Below, piece by piece: positions 11,021 through 20,628 of a DNA stretch of 64,000 bases. The notes beneath the pieces were generated by a model that made no database searches, was not told the origin of the DNA, and saw only the letters and a program-made list of their open reading frames with translations. Within the stretch, counting starts at the first letter, position 1; the number at the start of each line of letters is the position of its first letter. Source of the stretch: Rebecca billardiae RCC1528 (lineage: Eukaryota > Protista > Haptophyta). The position numbers and the translations under genes were made by a program. The stretch spans positions 3,348,001-3,412,000 of the forward strand of contig OZ251225.1 in NCBI GenBank assembly GCA_965240325.2, written 5' to 3'.

Positions 11021-12851
11021 ATGGCGCACGCCCCCCCCCCCGAAAGGTCTGAGCGTGAGCGAAAGCCGGGGGGGGGGGGCGGCGCACGTGCTCCGCAAAA
11101 TCAAAAAGAGGATGCGCGCAGGATTTTGGGGATTTTTCGGTAGGTGGCCACCGCGTATGAGTGGATATCGCTGCCGCAATGATTGCGTTTGTAGTAGATG
11201 CTAATTTTAACGATAGTAACACTTAGGGGAATGCAGGGCGGAATAGCACATAACACCAGCCGTGTGTTAGAACATTCCGTCATAGTAAGATGCCTGAATT
11301 GTAAGAGCCTGAAACAGCTCGCCAACCATAGAAACGATAGGTTGGGTCGTCAGCTTTGATTCACGCGCTTCTGAAAAACAGCGTTTTAGATTAGACGCAT
11401 CCCTCTTCTCTTAAGAGAACTGCGCTTCAAAAACACCGTTTCAACGAAAGACGATCGCCCGCCATTCAACTGAAACGAGATTCTGCATAAAGCGAACCAA
11501 AGATGTTATTGCGCGGGTAGTCCGAACCGACGTTCCCGCGCGCTCTCATATCATACGGCTATCGAGCTACTGACTTGCTCATGCGGGTGGGATTCGACAT
11601 CTCTATCTGCGAGGATTAACAGCTCTCTGAAAACGAGTGTGTCCTGGACAACTTGAAAGGGCAGCGATCGGCTTTGATTCTGCCTATTGTAGGGAAAGTT
11701 TTATGGTACGAGTTAACGAACCGTCACTTCTGATGGGCTCTCTGGTCGCGAACAGTCGCCAACTGCCGAGCGGAAGCGCCCGAAGCGGAGGCGTCGGGGG
11801 CGGCGGCTGAAGGGAGCGAGGGCGGTGGTGGCGGCACCGAGGACGAGGGAGGCGCGCCGAACGGCATGTCCGTCCTCACCCTCGCCATCGGCGGCCGCCC
11901 GCGCGTCAACGCCGCCGGCTCTCAGCCGACGACAACGCCCGCGAGTGCCGCCCACGGCGCGCGGCGGGCGCGTCACGGCAGGCGGCGGGGGCGGCGACTG
12001 CAGGGAGCGAGGGCGATGGTGGCGGCGCAGTCGAGGGAGGTGCGCCATCCGGACAGCGCGGCGGCGCGGCGCGCGGCCGAGCGCGGGAGCCTGGGCGGCG
12101 GCGGGCGCGCGGCGGGGCATGTGCTCAGTGCTGCCCGAGAGGCTGGCGCACTCGCCCAGCGCCGCCGCGCACACCGCCGCCGACCTCGCGCGCACGACCT
12201 CCGTCAACTCCTCCGTCAGCGGCGGAGAGCGCGTCGCCTCGCCGCCCACGCTGCCGCCCAGCCGGTTCGTCATCCGAGCGCTCGCCGGGCGCGCGCGGCG
12301 TGACGCGCCGGGCCGCGGTCGCCGCCTACTAAGTGGTGGGACCGCCGCTGGGGGGCGGGGCGGGCGGAGGAGATGGCGGTGGCGAAGGAGGACGCGGTGG
12401 TGGACGTGGACGTCACGCTGTCCGGGCTGCACTGGCTCATCCACCTCCTCTCTGCACTCGACCCACCGCCGTCACCGACGGCGCAGCAGCTGGCGGCGGC
12501 GCGACGGATGCATTCCCGGATGGTGGCGGGCGCGGCCTCGGCCGAGGCGGGCGCGCGCCGCGCGCGCCGCTGCGGCGGCGTGGAGCGGCGGGAGCTGAGC
12601 GGCGCGCTGCTGCACACGCAGTCACGCTGCGCACGTGCTGCAGACGCTGTACGAGCGCGCCACCGCCGACGCCGTCGCGCCGCCGCTGCCCCCGCCGCAC
12701 CGGCACCGTCCGACCGTCCGACCGTGTCGTCACAAGCCGCGGCTGCTGCTCACATTCACAAGCTCACTAGCTGCGTGATGGTGACTAGCCACTAGGGCCG
12801 TGCGCCCTCAACTTCGTTGTTCACTACCCGAAGATCGGCGTAGCCGATCAT
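11021..12851 (+). mobile_element. Family A element, copy A3
   Basis: Starts ATggcgcacg(c)ngaaaggtctgagcgtgagcgaaagcc(g)n and ends gggccgtgcgccctcaacttcgttgttcactacccgaagatcggcgtagccgatcAT. Confidence 0.9.
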
Positions 12852-14718
12852 GGCGCACGGCCCCCCCGAAAGGTCTGAGCGTGAGCGAAAGCCGGGGGGG
12901 GCGGCGCACGTGCTCCGCAAAATCAAAAAGAGGATGCGCGCAGGATTTTGGGGATTTTTCGGTAGGTGGCCACCGCGTATGAGTGGATATCGCTGCCGCA
13001 ATGATTGCGTTTGTACTGCCCCTTAATTTTAACGATAGTAACACTTAGGGGAATGCAGGGTGGAATAGCACATAACACCAGCCGTGTGTTAGAACATTCC
13101 GTCATAGTAAGATGCCTGAATTGTAAGAGCCTGAAACAGCTCGCCAACCATAGAAACGATAGGTTGGGTCGTCATCTTTGATTCACGCGCTTCTGAAAAA
13201 CAGCGTTTTAGATTAGACGCATCCCTCTTCTCTTAAGAGAACTGGTGGGCCGTTCGTGATGGTGGGCCGTTCGTGATTCTCCTGCTGATATACACTTTTG
13301 GTTTGCTGTTTCCAATTCAAAGAGTAAAGTATCGTCTCCTATTATCCTTCTCCTCTGAAGAGAACCACACTTCAAAAACAACGTTTCAGTATCAACGTAT
13401 TACAATGCGGGTGGGATTCGACATCTCTATCTGCGAGGATTAATTAACAGCTCTCTGAAAACGAGTGTGTCCTGGACAACTTGAAAGGGCAGCGATCGGC
13501 TTTGATTCTGCCTCTTGTAGTAAAGTTTTATGGTACGAGTTAACGAACCGTCACTTCTGGTATCTCTGGTCGCGAACAGTCACGATCCAACCGCCGCCCG
13601 CACGTCGGCGCGAGTCCCGGTGCGATGCGGCGGCCTTTGTAGCGGCCAGGCGGAGGCGTCGGGGGCGGCGGCTGAAGGGAGCGAGGGCGGTGGTGGCGGC
13701 ACGGACGAGGGAGGCGCGCCGAACGGCATGTCCGTCCTCACCCTCGCCAGCGGCGGCCGCCCGCGCGTCACCGCCGCCGGCTCTCAGCCGACGCCGCCGC
13801 CCGCGAGTGCCGCCTGAATGAACGGCGCGCGGCGAGCGCGTCACGGCAGGCGGCGGGGGCGGCGACTGCAGGGAGCGAGGGCGATGGTGGCGGCGCAGTC
13901 GAGGGAGGTGCGCCATCCGGACAGCGCGGCGGCGCGGCGCGCGGCCGAGCGCGGGAGCCTGGGCGGCGGCGGGCGCGCGGCGGGGCATGTGCCATGTGGC
14001 GCATGTGCTGCCCGAGAGGCTGGCGCACTCGCCCAGCGCCGCCGCGCACACCGCCGCCGACCTCGCGCGCACGACCTCCGTCAACTCCTCCGTCAGCGGC
14101 GGAGAGCGCGTCGCCTCGCCGCCCACGCTGCCGCCCAGCCGGTTCGTCATCCGAGCGCTCGCCGGGCGCCCGCGGCGTCACGGCGGCGTGCGCCGGGCCG
14201 CGGTCGCCGCCTACTAAGTGGTGGGACCGCCGCTGGGGGGCGGGGCGGGCGGAGGAGATGGCGGTGGCGAAGGAGGACGCGGTGGTGGACGTGGACGTCA
14301 CGCAGTCCGAGCTGCACTGGCTCATCCACCTCCTCTCTGCACTCGACCCGCCGCCGTCACCGACGGCGCAGCAGCTGGCGGCGGCGATGGTGGCGGGCGC
14401 GGCCGCGGCCGAGGCGGGCGCGCGCCGCGCGCGCCGCTGCGGCGGCGTGGAGCGGCGGGAGCTGAGCGGCGCGCTGCTGCACACGCAGTCACGCTGCGCA
14501 CGTGCTGCAGACGCTGTACGAGCGCGCCACCGCCGACGCCGTCGCGCCGCCGCTGCCCCCGCCGCACCGGCACCGTCCGACCGTCCGACCGTGTCGTCAC
14601 AAGCCGCGGCTGCTGCTCACATTCACAAGCTCACTAGCTGCGTGATGGTGACTAGCCACTAGGGCCGTGCGCCCTCAACTTCGTTGTTCACTACCCGAAG
14701 ATCGGCGTAGCCGATCAT
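12850..14718 (+). mobile_element. Family A element, copy A4, head-to-tail with A3
   Basis: Same two ends as A3 and a diverged duplicate of its body. The junction ...gccgatcATggcgcac... shares one AT. Confidence 0.9.
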
Positions 14719-14719
14719 G

Positions 14720-14738
14720 TATATATATATATATATAT
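14720..14738. repeat. (TA)n microsatellite between A4 and B1 ends
   Basis: tatatatatatatatatat. Confidence 0.85.
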
Positions 14739-14741
14739 CTA

Positions 14742-16918
14742 ATGACCGCGTTCCGCGGTCCTTTTCCGTAGAACCAACGCAGTTGGGGGCCCGCGGCGCA
14801 GTGGTTGAGAATGAGACCGTGACGTCGTCAATCCGCACGGTCTGGCGTCTGCCTGGCAGTCAGACAGGCAGCCGCACCGTCTCGGAGAGTGAGTGAGAGT
14901 CAGACCCGTCCGTCGGACTCGCGGCGCGTGAATGGGCGCGCCGACGGCCAAGGGTGGCCGGCACGGGACACCAGCGGACGGGCCGCGCGGGGAAGCGGGG
15001 CGGCGCGCGCGCAGGGCGAGAGGCGCGGACGGGCCGCGCGGGGAAGCGGGGCGGCGCGCGTGCAGGGCGAGAGGCGCCGCGCGGCGCGGGCCGGCGCGTG
15101 CGCGCGCGCGCGCGCACCTGCTTGAGGTGCTCGCGCTGCGCCATGCGCTCGACGAAGGGCCGCTGGTCGCTCAGCCGGCGCGCCTCGGGCCGGCATAGCG
15201 AGAGCGCGCGCCACTGCTGCCCGCCCACGCTGCGCAGCCACGCGCAGACCGAGCTCCGCTCGGGGTGGGACGAAGCGAGTGGCGTGTCGCGCCCGCCGCC
15301 AGGCGCACGCGTGCCCTGCTCCGCACCGCGCCGCCGTGCTCGCCCGCCGCCTGCTCCGCCGCGTCGGCCTCGAGGATGGCGGCGGCCAGCGGCAGGCTGA
15401 GTGGCGCGCGCTCGCCCACCGTAGCTTCGAGGGCCGTCCACACCTGCTCGAGCTGCTGCAGGGCGTGGACAAGGGCAGCGCGCGCGCCCAGCGCATCCGT
15501 GCCGCGTGACGCAGCGCGTCGAGCTCGGCGTCTCGCTTCGCCAGCTCGGCGCCCAGCGCCTCTGCGCGCACGCGTCGAGCTCGGCGTCGCGCTTTGCCAG
15601 CTCGGCGCCCAGCGCCTTCACGCGCACGTGCTCGTGTATCTGCGCGCGCACGGCCTGCGCGCCGCCGCCCATCTGCGCGCGCAGACTCGGACTCGTCGCG
15701 GCTGGCTGCTAGGGAGTGCTAGGGTGCGCGCCGCGTAGTCGATGGCCAAGGCCTGCAGCCAGCGCGCCTGCACCGAGAAAAGAAGGCGCGGCACGCGCGC
15801 TATAACCCAGTCCACGCAGACACGCGAGCGCGTGCTCGAGCGGCGCGCCGGGGGCGACCGTCCACGTCGGCCGCGCGGGAGCCGCAGGTACTCTCGCGTG
15901 CCTGCGCGACGCAGCGCGCACGCACAGCGAAACGGGCGCGGGGTAGAATTCAGGAGAGCGCCGCCGCCCGCGCACCACCCCACCGAGAGTGCGCACATGC
16001 GCACGCCACGACATGGCACGACATGGCGCACGATTGACGCAACGCCCGACAGACAGAAGCCTTCATCGACAATCCGCGCGCGCCCGCAAACGCGGCCGCG
16101 CGCGCGGGCGGGCGCGCGGGCGTGCGTGCGCCACCCGCGCGGGAGGCGCCCGCGGCCGCGCGGGCGGCGCGCGCGCGGCGCGCGCTCCGCGCGGTCGTCC
16201 ACACCGATGGCGGTCGATCGAGGGCTCGCCCCGTTTGGCGGTCGATTTTGATCGAGGGCTCGCCCCGTTTTTGGAGCGAGCGCGTGCCGCGCGCCCCCTG
16301 GCTCCCAACTGGGTATGATAATACCCACAATTACCCAAAATGACCTTATGCCCCCAACACCGTTATCATAGCGAGCCAATGGCAATGTACTGATATGATA
16401 GACTGAACGATAGTACCCACAATTACCCAATCAAGAGGCGATACAGCCCTTGCCTTGCTCGCTATGATATGATAGACTGAACGATAGTACCCACAATTAC
16501 CCAATCAAGAGGCGATACAGCCCTTGCCTTGCTGAATGTCTCGCACTATTGGAGTTGGTTGGACTCGGCTATAATGTTGATCAACTGTCGTTCTAGTGAT
16601 GGCATCTTGCGGCGGCGAGGCCATATTATTTTACTATGGTCACACTACATTAAGGAGAGTCTACCCACAATTACCCTGCCTCGCACACTTGGGCGTGGGT
16701 TTCGTTGATTCCTCTGTTCACTATTCAAGACGGCGGACGCGCCCTTTTTCGACGCTAATGCACCTGTAAGGGAGTCTCAAAATCGAAACTCGGTCTCCTC
16801 CAGCCCTAAAAAATCGCCCCCCGTCCCTTTTTTCTTGATCAAAGATCTTTTTGAAACGTGGTTCGGGCCCGCTGGTGCGGGCTCCACGCTGCGCGCTCCG
16901 CCCTGCACCGCGGGCCAT
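14742..16918 (-). mobile_element. Family B asymmetric-end element, copy B1
   Basis: Hairpin end ATgaccgcgttccgcggtccttttccgtagaaccaacgcagttgggggcccgcggcgc at 14742; opposite end ...ccctgcaccgcgggccAT at 16918. Confidence 0.85.
16391..16533. repeat. About 74-bp tandem duplication inside B1
   Basis: tgatatgatagactgaacgatagtacccacaattacccaatcaagaggcgatacagcccttgccttgct twice; the core tacccacaattaccc also occurs near 16322 and 16662. Confidence 0.85.
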
Positions 16919-16962
16919 AATAAAACATATTTAATTCGCGACGATCATCATGCATATCTATA

Positions 16963-19352
16963 ATGGCCCGCGGTGCAGGGCGGAGCGCGTAGCGTGCAGC
17001 CCTCGCCGAGGGCCCTCACTACGTTGTCAAAAAGATCTTTTGATCAAAGAAAGGGGGACGGGGGGCGATTTTAAGGGCGGCTGTCGGAGGGTGAGTTTTC
17101 GCTTTTTCGAGGGGTACATTGGCCCATTGCTCTGCATTAGCAAGACGCATTGACGAAATAAGCGCGCCCGCCAATTCGCCATATGTCGATGGACGGACGT
17201 GGGATCAGATACCCGGGGGTGAAACAAGTGAGTATTCCTGTCTTTCGTGTATGCTGGAGTACGAGTTTGCCGAGTGACGTTTGATTGTTTCGAGTCAAAA
17301 ACTTGTTATAATAAGGATCCCAGCAAAACCGTTAATTGGAGCTACGGGAGCTACGACCTAATGGAGATCGCCGTAAACGCTATTATCTCGTTTGGTTTTG
17401 ATTCTTGCCGAAGCAGAGATAACCGTGATCACTATCTATCTCCAATCGATCTTACGCGAAGGATCCCAGCAAAACCGTTAATTGGAGCTACGGGAGCTAC
17501 GACCGCTAATGGAGATCGCCGTAAACGCGCGCTACTGTATTATCTCGTGTAGTTCTGATTATTGCCAAAACAAAGATAACCGTAATCGCTATCTATCTCC
17601 ATTCGATCTTAATTTATGGGGGTACTCGATCAGGCTATTTGATTTTGAAGCGGTTGCTCAGGACTGGTGCTCGCACCGCAGATGGCGCGACGTGCCGCGT
17701 GGGCGGCGGAGGCGGCCGCCGCCGACGCCTCGCCCGGCGGCGGCGCGTGGCGTGGCACGCGGGTTCAGGCCAGGTGCCGCAGTGCATCCAGGACCGCCGC
17801 CGCGTCAGGACGGCGAGCGCACGGGCCGCGCCCGCCGCCGGGGCGTGCGGCCGCCAGTCAAACTCGGCGCGAACCGCGGCAGTGAAGATGATCAACACAG
17901 CGAAGAAGCAGGTGGTGATCGAGGCGCTGGGCCTAGTGGGCCTGAACATGATGCTGCGCATCTTCTTGGGCCTGCCCGACGCGCACCCCACGCAGACGTC
18001 GCTTCTGGGCGAGTGGCACTCGCGACCCGTGACTGTTCCCGGTCGACTCGCTCGCACTTCGCAGGCCGTGCTCACTCAAGCTGGTCTTCGTCTACTGTCC
18101 TCCGCGTCGCGACGATGGGCTCGACGGAGCCGCACAACCTGCAGCTGCTGCAAGATTCATTCACGCACCCTGCGCGTGCGCTGCCCCGAGACTCCGCGCC
18201 GCCGCCACCGCGCTGCGCGCCGCTCGCTGCCGCGGCGCGCAGGCCCGCTCCAGTCCGTGCCCGGCGGGCTCGCCGCGGAGCCGAGCGCGATGACGACCTC
18301 GACGTGTCAGTGGTCAGAGTCTGAGACGACTGACAAGTGACAGTCCCCGCCGCGCGCTGCGCGCGGCGCGCCGCGCGCTGCCGCGGCGCGCAGGCCCGCT
18401 CCAGTCCGACGCCGAGTGCCCGGGCCGGGGGCTCGCCGCGGAGCCGAGCGCGATCGGGCGACCTCGACGTGCATGTCTTGGTGTGCGGTGGCTCCGTTTT
18501 ATTGATTTCTCCGACGTTTACTGGCGCCCGCTCTCAGTGCCCGCTGTCCGGATCGGTCAATCATACTCTAACTAGCTCGGTTCTAGGCCGCGCCGCCGCA
18601 GCGCCTCGAGGCTCGATTGGCTGAAATTCAGCTCTAGTCTGCCAGACCCACTGTCGGCATAAACGGAAACGGCACGGGCAGCTGTGAAAGTTCTACGACG
18701 CGGTCAATCCGAATCACTAGCTTAGCAACGGGCGCAGACGACTCACAACGATTGCCGGGTGTCAGGAGCCTGGTATTATTAGTGTTACTCGAGGGACTGG
18801 TCGCAACCGCCTCCGGGGCTGCGGCCGTCACCCCGCTGGCGCCGGGCGGCCCCCGGGGTCGCGGCGGACTAGCCGCGCAGCCATTCCGGTCCGGGGCGTG
18901 CGGCCCCGGGCTGCCATCGGCATCGGCATCGGCATCGGGCATCGCCATCGGCCCCCGGGCCGAGTTGCCGAGGCAAGCCGACGTGCCGCTGCGAGCCCGG
19001 GAGCCTTGACTCTTGAGGCTTGACGTGGCATGGCCCATGCGGCAGTAGTTAAATCGCCGGACTGGCCCGGTATCGCCATCGGCGATCCACGGAGTCCTCG
19101 CTCGGCCCCGGGGCCGCAGCCCGGGCCCGGTAAGTGGGCGGCAACTGAGTCGTGAGTAGTGGCACTGCTCACAGGCGAACTGTTGGTTGGCACCGACGGT
19201 CAGACTAATAATAATCTTAGATGACAGACAGCGTCGTATGACGATACAATAAATACATACTCTTAGTAGTAGCAGCCGACAGAGACTAGAGAGTCGGCAC
19301 CGCGGGCCCCTAACTACGTTGGTTCTACGAAAGGACCGCGGAACGCGGTCAT
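16963..19352 (+). mobile_element. Family B element, copy B2
   Basis: Starts ATggcccgcggtgcagggcggagcgcg and ends gcaccgcgggcccctaactacgttggttctacgaaaggaccgcggaacgcggtcAT followed by (AT)n. The first about 150 bp are homologous to B1. Confidence 0.85.
17313..17611. repeat. About 147-bp diverged tandem duplication inside B2
   Basis: aaggatcccagcaaaaccgttaattggagctacgggagctacgacc...ctatctatctcca..cgatctta occurs twice (17313, 17459). Confidence 0.85.
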
Positions 19353-19921
19353 ATATATATATAGATTATTTGACGACGCGTATGGTACATGCAAAGGGCA
19401 GGCGTCAGGCTGCATAGAATGCGTCCGCGCCTTCCGACCAGGTCAGGCAGTGCGCCACCCGCAGCCCTGCCCCCCTACGGGAGCACCGCCTCGGCCTGGG
19501 GCGCGCGCCGCGCGCGGCGGCGACGGCAGATGCCGCCGTGGCCGAGCGCCTTCCGGAGCACTTGGATTAGGGTGAGGGGTCGTAGTCGATGTCGGCGCCC
19601 GCCGACCTAGCGGCGAGCAGCTGCGGGAGACGACAGCCGCGGCTGTCGCCCCGAGGCGCCCGCGTGGGCGCCTGGATGAGGATGAGGTCGTCGTACCGCG
19701 TCAGACGTACGCGTCGCCGCGCGCCGCCGCCGGCCTGGCGACGCGCAGCTGCACAAGACTGAAGAGGGGCTTGGAGAGTGAGCACGCCGCCTAGTGCGCT
19801 CTGGACGATGAAGCGGATGAGGTTCTAGTCGACGTCGCAGCCCAACCCGCCGGCTGGCTGCTGTAGATGCTGCGCTTGATGCTGGGGAACCTGGCCCCCG
19901 GGCTCGATACACATGTACACA

Positions 19922-20575
19922 TTATGTCAAATCGATGGCATCGCCGCGGATGAGCGCCGCCTGGTACTCCATCGCGGCGTCGGACCATGTTGATTCGCCG
20001 TTCCGCTGCGGCCGGCTCCTGCGCTTTCCGCGAGCGCGCTTCGCCGCCCGGCGTTGCTCAAGCTCGGCGGTCGAGTTCGAGCGCTTGAGCTGCGGCGTAC
20101 TGTCGCGAGCAGGGGCCTTGCCGCCGCGCGGCGTGCCGCTGCCGGCGGGGTTCGCCGACGTGGAGGCGGGAGCCGCGGGCGTGCCGAGAGCGCTGGGGCC
20201 TGCTGCGTTTGACGAGCCGAGCGCTGCCCCGCTCGCCCGCTGCGACGCCGCCTGGTCCTCGAGGGACTTCTTCAGCACCTTCGAGAGAACCTCGTCCCAC
20301 TGCTCGACGTCGTCATTCGCTTCCGGCGTCGTGGCGTGCGTCGAGGCCTCGAGCGCGTGGGCGAGCATCCAGTCCTCCTCGACCTGCGCGGTGCGGGCTT
20401 CCTCCAATGCGGCCGCGCGGCCGGTGCGAGCGCTCGGGTCCGGCTGCGAGAGCGCGAAATGCTGCGCGTCATCCTCCGCGTCGTCGTCGAGCTCGTCGGA
20501 CGGTGAAGCCGAGCGTGCGGCGGCCGCGGCCGTGGCCGGCGCGCCGGCGGCCGCCGCAGCCGGCCCCGGCGCGCT

Positions 20576-20628
<53 letters not shown>

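Noticed and set aside
11040-11070. Hammerhead ribozyme in the family A head (ctgagcgtgagcgaaa)
   Set aside because: Lacks the CUGANGA core and a clear three-stem arrangement.
11700-14660. Transposase or Rep gene in the A3/A4 interior
   Set aside because: Only low-complexity ORFs whose frames differ between the copies; no convincing HUH plus catalytic Tyr, DDE or recombinase motifs.
14742-19352. Single 4.6-kb TIR transposon with about 57-bp TIRs in a TA microsatellite
   Set aside because: The apparent TIRs are the tail ends of two inverted family B elements whose heads are at 16918 and 16963.
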